Positions 39,953 to 53,380 of a stretch of 64,000 bases of DNA are shown here, in pieces (position 1 is the first letter of the stretch; each line of letters opens with the position of its first letter). The notes under the pieces were generated by a model. That model was given only the letters and a program-made list of their open reading frames with translations, was not told the origin of the DNA and searched no databases. Both the position numbers and the translations under genes were made by a program. The stretch lies in contig NC_068997.1 in assembly GCF_001194135.2 (NCBI RefSeq), positions 35,487,562 through 35,551,561 on the forward strand. Direction: 5' to 3'. The DNA is from Octopus bimaculoides (taxonomy: Eukaryota).

Positions 39953-41239
39953 TTAAACTGTCAGGAAAGTTCTTGCGGAACTTTTAATTTTGGTTTTAAA
40001 CGATGTATTTTCAAATTAATTTTCATTAAATTACTTTGACTTTATATATCATTTTAAAGGCCGTTTTTCAATCTAATCGTGTTACTCTTTTTCTTTTTGA
40101 ATAATCAGGCCATTTTTTCCCGAACGTTGAATACAACATGGATAAAAAGCAAATTCGCACAATTTTCTTATCCCAGTTCAAGCTAAACCAAAAAGCTGAA
40201 ACAGCTTGCGATATCAACGATGTATTTGGCCCAAGTGCAACTAATGAACGTACAGCACAATGGTGGTTCAAGAAATTTTGTAGCGGTGACGAGAGTCTTG
40301 AAGACGATAAGTGTAGTGGTCAGCCATCGGATGTTGACAACAATCAACTAAGAGCTTTAATCGAAGCCAATCCACGCACAACTGTTCGAGAGCTTGCTTC
40401 TGAAGTAGACGTAACATATACGACAATTTCCAACCACTGGAAAGAGATTGGAAAAACAAAATCACTTGAGAAATGGGTGCCACACAAATTGAACGACAAC
40501 CAAAAAAAAAAGAAGAATGCTGTTTTGAAGTGTCATCTTCCCTTCTTTTACGCAACAAGAACGACCCGTTTCTCGACCGGATTGTGACTTGCGATGAAAA
40601 GTGGATTCTTTACGACAACTGGCGATGCTCAGCTCAGTGGTTGGACGCCAACGAAGCTCCATGGCACTTCCCAAAGCCAAAGTTGCACCAAAAGAAGGTC
40701 ATGGTGACTGTTTGGTGGTGTGCGGCCAGTCTCATCCATCACAGTTTTTTGGATCCAGGCGAAATCATTACAGTGGAGAAGTACTGTCAACAAATGGATG
40801 AAATGCATAACAAACTCCAACAACAACAGCCAGCATTGGTCAATAGAAAAGGACCAATTCTTCTCCACGATAACGCTCGGCCGCACTTCACACAACTAAC
40901 CCTGCAGAAGTTGAACGAATTGGGCTACGAAACTCTGCCTCATCTGCCATACTCACCAGACCTCTTGCCTACCGACTACCACTTTTTCAAGTATCTTGAC
41001 AACTTCCTGTATGGGAAATGCTTCAAAAACCAAGACAATGCCAAACACAGCTTCAATGACTTCATCGCCACCTGAATGCAGGATTTTTACGCTACTGGCA
41101 TAAATAAACTTGTTTCGCGTTGTCAAAAGTGTGTTGATTCTGATGGTGTTTATTTCGATTAATAAAGTTTTGTTTGAGCCGAGATATGTGCATCTGAATT
41201 TAAAGGTTAAAAACCACAAGAACTTTCTTGACAACCTAA
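39953..41239 (+). mobile_element. Full-length 1287-bp mariner (DD34D, cecropia/Hsmar1-like), inactivated
   Basis: TA TSDs at 39951 and 41240; TIRs; WVPHKL, TCDEKW, HDNARPH, YSPDL..TD (34 spacing counted). One frameshift at the A10 run (40502-40511) and one TGA at 41073; natural stop at 41160-41162. Confidence 0.96.
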
Positions 41240-41669
41240 TAGATGAAAGATTTTGCAACTTTTGAAAATGGATATATTTCTAAATCGTAATGCTCTGCCT
41301 TCATAGCCATGATAACAGCATGCCTCTTCATTTTCTGAGTCAGCTGAGGGTCTGCTATTATTATGTTCTGAAATAAAGATTATATAGTGTTAGCAAAAAT
41401 TGCTGCAGTGACCAAGAAAAGGTATGTCCTCCAGTACCTTACGCACCTTGTATATATAATATCATCATCATTATCATCGTTAAGCATTTGGTTTCCATGC
41501 TGGCATGACATTGATGGTTTGACTGGATCTGATGAGTTGGGAGGATTGTTGTTGTTGTTTGTTCCTTTTCGAGCCATGCCTGGCTCATAAGGGCCAGTTT
41601 CATTGGTGTATAGGTTCTCCACCTGGATGGGATACCGGTCCATCACAGACGAGCTGCTAGATGCAGGAG

Positions 41670-41850
41670 GAAAGAGTGAGAAAAAGTTGTGGTGAAAGAG
41701 TCAGCAGAAGTTTACCATTATGTTCTGCCCGAGTTACATGGAGCTTAGGTGTTTCACTCATAAACACACACATCACCCGGTTTGAAATTCAAATCCACGA
41801 TCCCTCGACCACAAGTCCACTGCTCTAACATACTAGGCCATGTGCCTGGA
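41670..41850 (-). mobile_element. tRNA-derived SINE (third family), diverged
   Basis: Reverse-complement homolog of 51388-51600. Confidence 0.7.
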
Positions 41851-42539
41851 AGGATTACATCTTGCTTATTTTGGCATGGTTTCTCTTAGGTGGTTGCCCT
41901 TCCTAATACCAAGCATTTTATGGACTGTACTGTGTGCTTTTTTCATGGCACCAACTGTGATGATTATGGGGAAGGAAGGGATTAGTGAAGGTGTTTTTGA
42001 GAAAAGAAGCAGATAACTGAAAAGATGATGGGGTGGGTTGTGTAACGGGGCTGTCTAAGGCTATCCAACATTATAAGGTACGAGTATGGTTAGGTGTGAC
42101 AGAAAGGGGATAGGAAGGGAGCAGTTGTGTAGAGGAATCTAGAGAAAATTATTGAAAGAAAGAGATGGGTATGTGGCAGTAGGCCAAAAGAGAAAAAGAT
42201 GATAAGAGGTATTGAAGAGGCAGAGAAGTTATGAGAATGGGTAGTAAGAGAAGGAAATGCTGGAGGATACACTAGTGGTAAGAAGGAAGGGGAAGAGCAG
42301 TGTGTGAATGCTGCAAAAGCATTCAAAATGAGGAGATACTGAAGAAAGAGAGAGACAGTGGGTGGGTGTGAAAAAACAATGGGTGGATTCAGGGGAAGAA
42401 AGAAAGGCTAGAGAGTATCCTAGTGAGCTGGACAGGTAGTAAGATTAAGGTAACAGGAAACTTAAATGGCAGTAGAAAGTATGATGAAGAAATGGCTCTT
42501 AGAGGTGGAGAGATGTATAAATACAGAGGTATCAAATTA

Positions 42540-44075
42540 TTGGATCTGGTGATGAAAATTATGGAGAATGTCATAGCCTAACTAATTAGGAAGAGAGTTA
42601 GTCTAGATGAGATGCAGTTTAGTTTTGTGCCAGGGAGAAGCATTACTGATGCTACCTTCCTGGTAAGGCATCTGTAGGAGAAGTGCTTAGCCAAAATTAA
42701 ACATCTGTACTTGGCTTTTGTTGACATAGAGAAAGCTTTTGACAGGCTTCCCCTAATCTAGTGGTCAATGTAGAAACTAGGCATAGATGACTGATTGGTG
42801 AGAACTGTGCAGGAATGTTGTTAGTAAGGTGAGGGTTAGCAATGAGTATAGCAAGGAATTGAGTGTACAAGTAGGAGTTCACCAAGATTCAGTCTTTAGT
42901 CCCCTCTCGTTCATCATTTTTCTCCAGGCAATAACAGGAATTTAAGTCAGGATTTTCCTGGGTGCTCTTCTATACTGATAATCTCGTTTTAATAACTGAA
43001 TCACAACCAGAAATAGAGAAGAAATTCCAGGTGTGAAAGCAAGACCTGGAATGAAAGGTGGCCTTAGAGTTAATTTAGCAAAGACTAAAGTCTTAGTAAG
43101 TTGGAAAGCAGACAAATCGCAAATCCCTTCAGGGAGATGGCCCTGCTCAATCTGTAAAAAAGACATAGGTAGAAACTCAATAAGGTGTACCTAGTGCAAG
43201 CTATGGACACATAAGAGGGGCAACAATATCAAAGGAAGGTTAACAGAGAAAATAGTCCTTGTGTGTTGATGTACTAGTACAATAAGCACAAGAAATGTAC
43301 AGAAAATAGACTCCATGAAATGGCAATGGGGATAATTAAAAATATTTGATAGCTTTCTTTATTTAGGTGACCAAGTCAGCAATGGAAGTGGCTGCTCCAA
43401 GACTAGCTGCTAGATTAAGAATAGGCTGGGCAAAGTTCAGAGAGCTTCTACCTTTGTTGGCAACAAAGAGCCTTTCCCTCAGAGTGAAAGGCAGATTGTA
43501 TGATGCCTGTGCATGAACAGCTATGCTACACTACAGTGAAACATGAACTGTGGCTGCAGGGGACAAGAAATGAAGCTAGTAACTTTGCTGGATGTGCAAT
43601 GTCATGACTGAGTAAGCATTTTGAGAGAAAAAAAAGAAGCATGAGATTTGGTGTGCAAGCGAGAAGATTGTGCTGGCATGCTCATGTGATGCATATGGAT
43701 GAGGACAGCTGCATAAAGAAATGCCAAGCTCTGTGAAAGGAACCTGTGATAGAGGTAAACCCAGGAAGACAAGGAATGAAGTGGTGAAGCTTGATCACAG
43801 AAGCAATGACAAATGATCGAGACCATTGGAGGTTTGCTCTGCTTGAGAAGATTCATCGGGCCAAGTGAAATTGCAGTCATGGACAGTGCTGGTGACACAT
43901 AACCGGCACCCACTACATTCTTGGAGTGGTTGGTGTTAGAAAGGGCAGCTAGCTCTAGAAACCAAGCTAAAATCAAACTGGAACCTGGTACAACTCTCTG
44001 GCTTACCAGTTCTAGTCAAACCATCTAACCCATACCAGCATGGAAAGCAGATGCTAAATGATGATGGTGATATAT
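42540..44075 (+). mobile_element. Decayed RTE LINE 3' half
   Basis: Homologous to 933-2290 and 45130-47200; (GAT)n tail at about 44060. Confidence 0.85.
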
Positions 44076-45129
44076 CGTTACCATTTAACATCCAGTTTTC
44101 TAATCATGGGTCAGACAGAGTTTATTTGGAGCAAATTTTTGTATGCCTAGATGCCCTTCCTGTTGCCAACCCTCACCTATTTCCAAGCTAGGTAATATTT
44201 CCCCATAACCAGATATAGTTGTGCAGAATATTGGAAATGAGTAACATTACTTGACATTGACGCTCATTCACAACTGTCATGATACCAAGATAAGGAGGGA
44301 GACCCACACATTTACACACATGGCAAGCATCTTTAAATTTTGGCCTATCAAATTCACTCTCAAGGCTAGGCTTTGGTTGGTCTGGGGGCTATAGTAGAAG
44401 ATACTTGCCCAAGGTATCACACTGAGACTGACCCGAGAACCATGTGGTTGGGAAGCAAACTACTTACTGCAGATGGTGACTTGCTGATAACTTGTACATT
44501 TACTTCGTCCTAGAAATCTTCAAGAAGATTGACAATACTTCATAACCAATTCTGAATTCATTCTACAAAATATTAAGACGCTGCATAGATAGAATTTTTG
44601 TCAGAAACTCTGTCAAAATCTCCATGAATTATCAAAATAAAAATTTAAGTTCCCAAATTACAGGGTAAAAAAAATTGGATTTTCTTAGAAAATAACATGA
44701 AGAAAAAAGGTGTTTGTATGCAATTTTTGTTTATTTAATTACTGAAATTTATGAAAAGCTGGAACTTTTGAGGTAAGATCATTTGTGTTTTGTTTATAAG
44801 TAGTGGATTTCTGTGTAACAGTAAATGTAACCATGTGGTGTTATTTTCTTTAATTATAAACAGAAAGGTATCTCATACATATATCTGCAGATTTCCAGCA
44901 AAGCAATAATTAAGTCCATAATTAATTAACTACACATGTCTTCCACATTTGTTTGGCGAAGCAGTAATTGAATGATTACAAATGCTTTTTCTTCCTGTCA
45001 TGCTGAAAGACATCCATCTTTTGTTTATCTATCTGCTTATCTGTGTGCCTATCTGGCTGTATTTGCATACATATGTATTGTGTGTGTGTACATACATGTA
45101 AGTGTGTGTGTGTGTGTGTGTATACACAT

Positions 45130-48100
45130 CATCATTGTTTAACCTCTGATTTCCATACTGGGATGGGTTGGATGATTTGACTGGGGACTGGCAAGCCAGG
45201 AGGCCGCACCAGGTTCCAATCTGATCTGGCAATGTTTCTACAGCTGGATGCCCGTCCTAATGCCAACCACTCTGAGAGTGTAGCAGGTGCTTTTTACATG
45301 CCACCAGCATGGGAGCCAGTCAGATGGTACTGGCATCAGCCACAATCATATGGTGCTTTCTACATGCTACCGGCACAGGAGCCAGTTAGGGCAAGGGGGC
45401 TGGCAATCACCACGTTCAGATAATACTTCTTATATGCCACCGGTACGGGGAGCCAGTCAGGCAGCACTGGCAACGACCTGTGCATGAATTGTGCTTATTG
45501 CATGCCACCAGCACAAGTGCCAGTCAGGCGGCACTGGCATCGGCCAGAACTACAATTTCCATTTGATTGTGATTTGATTTGCGGTTTTGATTTTGATTTT
45601 ACTTGACTCAATAGGTCCCCTCAAGCACAGCTTTTCACCCAACGATTCAAGGTACTATTTAAATGGGCTGGTTATGTGACACTGGTATAGGCTACAGCAG
45701 TGTTCTCACTTTACTTGCCGAGTCTTCTCAATCACAGCATATTTCCAGAGGTCTCAGTCTTTCATCATTAGCTCTGTGAGGTCCAACATTCAAAGGTCAT
45801 GCTTTACTACGTCATCCCATGTCTTCCTGGGTCTCCCTCTTCCATGGGTTCCTTCCACTGTTAGGGACACTTCTTCACACAGCACATGACCATACCAGTG
45901 CCGTCAATTCTCTTGCACACCACATCTGATGCTTCTTATGTCCAGGGCGCTTACACTGTTGTGTGTGCACACTGATATTACACATTCAGCGGATCATACT
46001 AGCTTCACTTCTTTCAAGCCAACGCATGTCTTCAGCTGTCGCGTCCCATGTTTCACTGCCATGTAGCATGGCAGTTCGCACACATGCATCATACAGTCTA
46101 CCTTTCACTCTGAGTGAGAGGCCCTTTATCACCAGTAGAAGTAGGAGCTTTCTGAACTTTGCCCAGGCTATTCTTAATCTAGTGGTAATACTCTCTGAGC
46201 ATCCACCCCCACTACAGACTTGGTCACCTAGGTAGCGGAAGCTATCATCTATTTCTAGTTTCTTCCCCTGGCATGTGATGGAATCTGTTTTCTGAGCTTC
46301 TGCGGTGTTTATTGCCCCTGTGCACCTGCCGCACACAAAAGCTATCATCCTGGTTAACCTTCCTTTGATATTGCTGCACCTCTTATGCATCCATAGCTTA
46401 CACTGGGTACATCTTATGGAGTTTCTACAGATCAAGCAGGGCCAGCTACCTGAAGGAGTTTGTGATGTGTTCGCCATCCTGCTTGCTAGGACTTTGGATT
46501 TTACAACATTGACTCTTAAGGCCCTTCTATTCTAACCATGCTTCCACACCTGAAATTTCTATAGTTCTGGTAGTGATTCTGCTATGAGAGCAAGGTCATC
46601 AGCATAGAGGAGCTCCCAGAGGCAACCTGTCTTGAATTCCTCTGTTATTGCCTAGAGGACTATGATGAATAAGAGGGGGCTGAGGGCTGATCCTTGGTGA
46701 ACCCCTACTTCTACCCGGAATTCTTCACTATACTCATTGCCGACCCTTACCTTACTAACAGCATCCCTGTACAGCTCTTATCAACCACTCGTCAATCTGC
46801 AGTTTCCACATCGTCCACCTGGATAAGGGATCAGGGGAGCCTGTCAAAGGCTTTCTCCAAGTCAAGAAAAGCCAAGTATAGGGGTTTATCTTTGGCTAGG
46901 TATTTCTCCTGCAGCTGTCTTACCAGAAATATAGCATCAGTGGTGCTTCTATCTGTCACAAAACTGAACTGCATCTCATCTAAGCAGACTCTCTCCCTAA
47001 TTAGTTTGGCTATTACCCTCTCCGTGACCATCATCACCTGATCCAGCAGTTTGATACCTCTGTAATTATTTGTATTTAAAGCATCACCTTTACCTTTGTA
47101 GTAGTTGACTATGGTGCTACTACGCCAGTCATTGGGTATGACTCCTTCGTGAATTACCTGGTTTACAATACGAGTGAGTAGACCATAACCCACATCCTCA
47201 GATATTTTAAGCATCTCTGCAGTGATTCCTTAATTTCTTTATCTACCAGGGTGCTATCTATTTGGGTAGCTGGTCTCTCTACTGGGTCAACATTTGGCAG
47301 GCTCTCCTCCTCCCATTCATTCTCCACATTCAACAGCCTTTCATAATGGCTTCTCCAAGCCTCTTTCTTTTCCGAATCACTAAAAGCAAGTGCATCATCA
47401 TACATGTGGACACAATTCTCTCCTCTGACATCACAATTTTCTCTCATTCACTGTCTTGCAATCCGAAATGCTTCAGTTCTTTGGTCCTCATGTCACTGAA
47501 CATTGGCAAACTTCTCCTTTTCTGCTCCTCCCTTGGCTATGTATACCTGTCACCTAGCCTCCCTTCTGGTTATCTGGTAGAGTTCCCTGCTACCCCCACT
47601 CTTCCAGGTTTTCCAGGCCTGTTTCTTTGCTCTAATGGCCTTGTCTACTGTATTATTCCACTACCATGTTACTCTAGGTCTGGAAGGGACTTTGCACCAG
47701 CCACAGATTTGGTCTGTGGGCTTAGTAGGCTATCCCATAGGAATTTCCAGTTACCCTCTATGTCCGAAGTCTGTAGCTCCTCCTCCCTCATCAAATTTCT
47801 CAATGAGGATGTCCCTAAATCTCTGACTATGTGAAAGGTTCTTTAGCTTCCAAGTCCTTCTTTTCTGGATTGGTCTGCTTCTTGGCATCCTTCTGGCCTC
47901 AAATCTAAAGTCGCTAATAACTAGTCTATGCTGGGGGTACATTCTTCACCTGGGAGGGTTTTCGTATTTAAGAACAACCATGCATCCTGCTGTCTGGTGA
48001 GGATGAAATCAATCTGGCTTTCAGAGTTACCTGATTGATAAGTTATCAGGTGGCTGTCAGGCTTCCTGAAGTTAGTGTTGCAGATTAATAGGCTGCATAC

Positions 48101-48726
48101 ATCACAGAACTCCAGTAGCCTAGTTCCCTCTTCGTTTCAGGAACCAATTTCATGGCCCCCGTAAACACCATGGAAGATACCAGATTGCCATCCGACATGC
48201 CCATTAAAATCTCCTGCCACAAAGATGAGGTCATTGCCAATCATCTTTGAAGTAGCCTGTAGAAGGGTATCATAAAAGTGGTCCTTCTGATTGTTTGGTA
48301 GGCCCGCTTGTTGGGCGTAGGCAGAGATAATTGTAGCTATACTATTCTGCAGGACTAGCCTGAGCTCAAGCACTCTATCACATACCCTGACTACCTCTAT
48401 GACCTTATCCACCCATTTCTCCACAGGAGTATGCCTAGACCCCCTACTCCATCACTGTTACCTTCCCAGAAGTTTTTATACCTATGTGCCTTGCCTGTGA
48501 GGACCCTGGCTGAAGCTCTTCTCCACCTTACCTCTTGTATGCAACATACTTCAACATGTCTCCATTCAAACATCTCTAAAATCTCACAAGTCCTACTTTT
48601 TAGTGTGTCTACGTTGACAGTGCCAACTCTAAAAACTGGGAAAGGAATGTGGGAGGAGGCATGGGGAGGAGAGATGTTATTCAGTGCCTGAAATGAAGAA
48701 GGTTTTCTCGTTTGTTTGATAGACAT
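45130..48726 (-). mobile_element. Near full-length RTE LINE (APE, RT, 3' UTR), frameshifted
   Basis: RVGTVNV, CCIQEVRW, AGDFNGHVG, NYRGIKLL, DLEKAFD, LYADDL at about 46590, CRN...CKLWMHKRC, RTAMLHGSETW. Confidence 0.93.
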
Positions 48727-49297
48727 GCTACACCTGTTCTCACTTTTGACCTGTCATCATTCAAACATACAAGCATGTTAAGATTGTTGCCCCTACCAGG
48801 GATAGGAGTAGGTCCTAGCAGTGTTGTAAGTATAAGCAATATGGACATCATAAAAATTGTTAATTTAAGCGTTACTGGTGTTACTGATATAAGTAAATAA
48901 TTAAATAAAGATAGATGAGGAGAATATGAATATCAATATTCCAATGTTAGATTAAGTAGGTGGGCACCTAGACTAGTTGCATTTGTCCGAGGAAAGAGAG
49001 AGAGAAAAATTGCAGGTATGATGGAGGGTTTTTCTGTTGAGAGAAGAGAGGAAGAAGCATGCACCCATTAGCTTTCTCTTTCCACTTCAATACATGCATG
49101 AAAATTACCGAGTAATTTGTTGACAGATTTCAAGTGAAAACAAAAAGTAGGTGGGCAGCTAAACTAGTTGCATTTGTCCTGGGAGAGGGAGTTGCAAGTA
49201 TGATAGGGGATACCACCTGTGAGGGAGGGGGTTTCCAGTGAGAGAGGAGAGATATCTGGTAATGGTGGTGGGGTGGGAATGGGCAGGTGCACCGCGT

Positions 49298-50101
49298 ACA
49301 AGCAAGGGTTAACTTAGAGAGATGGTACAAAAATATGTAGCCAACTTGAGATCACAGGAGTGTAGGAGAGATTTCATTTAGAAAATTACATGAAGAATTA
49401 AGGAGAAACGAAGGCTGAGAGAGAGATTAAGAAGTTATATATTGAAGAGTCAATTTAAATAATTAGCTTACGAAAGTAGAATATTAGTATACAATACATA
49501 TAAAAAGTATTAATAGTGAATGAATGAGTGAAAAGATCGAAAAACCAGAGAATGCAATGCATAACTGGGTGTCAGAGAACCATCTATGTTGGAATGAGTT
49601 GCATGAAAAACGGAGGGAGTATGTGTGTAAGCTATTTTATAGATATGCTATGGCCAGAAGTGGACATTATGGAAGGGCGCTTTCTCTCTGGGCTGAAGAC
49701 AATGGCAGTAACAGTAGCAGAGAATAACACAAGAGGCCATAGTGAGTGGGAAGGAATAAGAGAATAGTGTGAAAGTATTTAGCCAAAATGAAAAACAGAG
49801 GAAACAAGCAAGGGTTAATTTAGAGAGATGGTACAAAAATATGTAACCAACTTGAGATCGCAGGAGTGAAGGAGAGATTTCATTTAAAAATTACATGAAG
49901 AATTAAGGAAAAATGAAGGCTGAGAGGGAGAGAGAGGTTAAGAAGTTATATATTGAAGAGTCAATAAAGTAGAATATAAAAAGTATTAATAGCGAATGAA
50001 TGAGTGAAAAGGTCGAAAAACGAGAGAATATCTTAACTCAGCATTGCATAACTGGTGTCGGAGAACCATTTATGTTGGAATGAGTTGCGTGAAAAACGGA
50101 G
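49298..50101. repeat. Two diverged direct repeats of about 300 bp (49298-49615 and 49804-50101)
   Basis: Both begin acaagcaagggttaa and end gaaaaacggag. Confidence 0.85.
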
Positions 50102-50298
50102 AAATAAATATATATGTAACTTTACATCTTCACTAGAATTATCTCTATGCCTATTATCTCTGTATTCTTATTACCTCTGTACACATAAATATACACATAT
50201 CCTTCCATCTTTACCATAATTGTCTCTGTACTTTGAATTCCTATCTTTATCACTCCCTCCCAGCTCTCCTCTCTACACCTCCATACAGATCACACACC

Positions 50299-53200
50299 AT
50301 GCAGAAGGAAGGGAATAGTACAGCAAAGATGTCAAGAAACTGGAACACTTCCGAAATAGAACTATTCCTTGGAACTTGGGTAATAACCAAAAATGATCCT
50401 CCCATCAATGTTATTACAATGACCCTGAAAAGTGCTGGATTCAACAGGTCTGGAGCACAAATAGAGCAGAAGAAATGTTGAAGACCCAATAAGGAAGGCA
50501 TGAAAAAGACTGTCATGAACAAAGATAGTCAAGTTCATGGAGATGGAGAAATTAAGAAAGGAAGGAACACAAAAGCTTCCAAGAAAACCAGCCTCCAACC
50601 TCACCTCCCAAAACAATGGAAAAGGTAAAGGAATTATGAAGCCAGTTGAAAGAGAGGCCAGAAGCAAAAAGGAAAAGAAATAGAAACAAGGTGTTACATG
50701 AAGCACTTACCATTTGTAAATTTGATGTAAAAGGTATCTGCTGGCATGGAGAGATGGGAACAAATTGCTGCTTTGCACAACCAAAGCTCAGGTAGAATTG
50801 TGCACATGGCAAAAGCACAACAAGATAGGACAAAACCATGCCCGGATGAACTCTTATCACACTACAGGCCTGCAATAAAGACCAAAAAACTTTATGCAAA
50901 TGCAGTGCAAGCTGCAACCATAGAACAACAAACTTTTTTGAGTGTGGCTCAAAAGATGGTGCAGTAGCTGACATAGTTGCAAACACAACTAAGCCACACA
51001 CACCCACATACAAGACTGCCACAAATAACAGACCCAGGATGGCTACCATATCTGCAAAGCTGGCAATCATGCCAATTCTTCAAATAAATATTAAAAGCCT
51101 CCCACAAAGCAGCAGCAAGCACAAAATTGTGTACTGAGAGACCTTTCTGCATACAATTAAGCGATATGCTTTGCACTTAAGGACACATCTCTTTGGATAT
51201 AAATGACACAGATGTACACATACCAATGTATGCTGTATTCCATGCAAACAGAAGTGAAAGAAGTCATGTTTGAGTTGCATTGTACATCACTAACCCTATT
51301 GTTACATTCAAACTCTGTGACACACTCATAGTGTATTTAAAGCCACTTGATGTGTAATATGCACACTATATTGCCAATCATCATTGTGGAGGCGCAATGG
51401 CCCAGTGGTTAGGGCAGCGGACTTGCGGTCATAGGATCATGGTTTCGATTCCCAGACCGGGCGTTGTGAGTGTTTATTGAGCGAAAACACTTAAAGCTCC
51501 ACGAGGCTCCGGTAGGGGATGGTGACGAACCCTGCTGTACTCTTTCACCACAACTTTCTCTCGCTCTTACTTCCTGTTTCTGTTGTGCCTGTAATTCGTA
51601 AGCGACGGAGTGCCAACAACAACATTGCCAATCAGGGTAAATTTCAATAATAAAGGAATGTTCTTTCAAAACAGGATCAAAGTGTTAATATACTTCTGAT
51701 GAGTGAATTCAACTTCCTCAACATCAGATGGCCTGAAGCCAACATAATCAAAGAAGCCAACAAAGAGTATAATCAAGCAGAATCTCTACTTGACCTCACA
51801 TGGAGCAAACAATACTCTCTCTAACTAGGAATGATAACATATTAGACCTCTGTTTCACCAACAATGTAGGTCTTATCCAAAACATGAAAATATCACTAAC
51901 AATCTTCTCAGACCACATGATAGAACTGACGATTTATGGTCCAAAACCAATTAATGCTGTATTAAGTTTGTCCCAGAGAAGCGAGTAACCACATACAAAA
52001 ACATCATTCCCCAAGACAGGAGAGTCCTTATGAGACAGAGAATAAAGATCTCCAATCACTTAAAAAAACAGCTTAATGATAGCAAGAAATCCTTCCTCAA
52101 AGAGACATTTTTAGAGATCAAAAATAAACTCAGACTCCCCCATAAAAAGGAAAGGGTAGAAAGAGAAACCAGGGCAGTAGAAAATATAAAAATAAACCCC
52201 AAAGCCTCCTGCTAGTTTGCAAAAGAGTCTTTCTTGGTGCACTACAAGATAGTTTGAAGACCCCAAGAGGATAAGTGAAATACTAAATAAGCAATTCCAG
52301 AGTGTCTCCACTGGGAAACATGCAGATAAGTGAGCCTAAAGAGTTTTTCAATACTGTAGACCTACATGGGGAAAAAGGCAACCATTGATTACACAGACAT
52401 AAAAGAGGAAGATGTAATATTGACCATTGTTGAGATGAGCTCAGACTTGGCAATGGGTCTAAATGGATTTCTGGTGGTTCTCCTAAAACATGCAAGAAAG
52501 CTCTTGTAATACCACTGCAAATACTCTTTCAAAGTTTCCTTGCATGTGGTAAATCTCCCAAACTGTTAAAAGAGGCTATCACATGTTCTGTCTATAAAGG
52601 AGGAAACAGAGCAGATGCTAAAAATTACAGGTCTATCTCTCTGACTACACATGTTAGCAGGGCCATGAAATGCATTGTCAGAAGACTGATCATGTTCCTG
52701 GAAGAGAATAACTTGCTCACAAATACTCAACATGGTTTCCGCCCAAGAAAGAGCTGCTTCACACAGCTGCTACATTACGATTGGTTACTGAAACAGTAGC
52801 TTGTGGATATGATATATCTCAACTTGACCAAGGCCTTTGATGAAGTTGATCATGGGATGATGTGTCACAAGCTATGTAACCTTGGTATCACTAGGAGAGT
52901 GGCTACATGACTTTTAAAAATACAGAAGTCAGACAGTTGCAGCCAATGGTGCTCTCTAGGGAGACATCAATCTGCAGTGGAGTTCCTCAGGGAACTGTAC
53001 TGGGATGCTACTGTTTGTACAGTCAAGCCACTCTCACCATGTATGCTGATGATACAAAAGTTTCACAGGTGGTCAAGGACCCTGATGATATTGTAAAACT
53101 GTAAAACAACCTGTGTGCAATATGCAAATGGGCTGATGAAAATAACATGCAGTTCAATGCTGGTAAGTTTCAACCCACAAACAGACCACAATCGGAATAT

Positions 53201-53380
53201 ATAGGACCAGGGCCCAATGCAATCCCAGAGTTAGAATCGGTGCGTGATCTGGTAATCCATATGAATAATGATAGAACATTCCATGTGTGTATTACCAAGA
53301 TGGCAACATCGTGCAAGCAAGTAGCTTGATGGGTTCTGAGATTATCCAAAACCAGAAAGAAAGATGCCTTGCTACTCATA
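50299..53380 (+). mobile_element. Decayed CR1-clade LINE: ORF1 remnant (CCCH-type fingers) and APE/RT fragments
   Basis: ICKFDVKGICWHG...NCCFAQPKL; RNDNILDLCFTN; NYRSISL; QHGFRPRKSC; SGVPQGTVLG; MYADDTKV. Confidence 0.85.
51388..51600 (+). mobile_element. tRNA-derived SINE inserted in the CR1 element
   Basis: tggcccagtggttagg A-box and ggtttcgattccc B-box, followed by a non-tRNA body. Confidence 0.85.

Larger units (their letters stand above)
35203..41450 (-). mobile_element. Fragmented DD37D (maT-like) Tc1/mariner element
   Basis: 28-bp TIRs (22/28 match), each flanked by TA. Transposase N-terminus at 41242-41330, middle (FFSDKKNFNQDQKVNR..WLC) at 39530-39950, C-terminus (SAPSHK...PDLNPL, 37-residue spacing) at 35440-35780. 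Confidence 0.8.

Noticed and set aside
41242-41385. Minus-strand acceptor plus open frame as a host exon
   Set aside because: It is the N-terminus of the DD37D transposase, continuing at 39950.
51388-51465. tRNA gene
   Set aside because: A and B boxes are present but no complete cloverleaf was evident, and it continues into a repeated SINE body.
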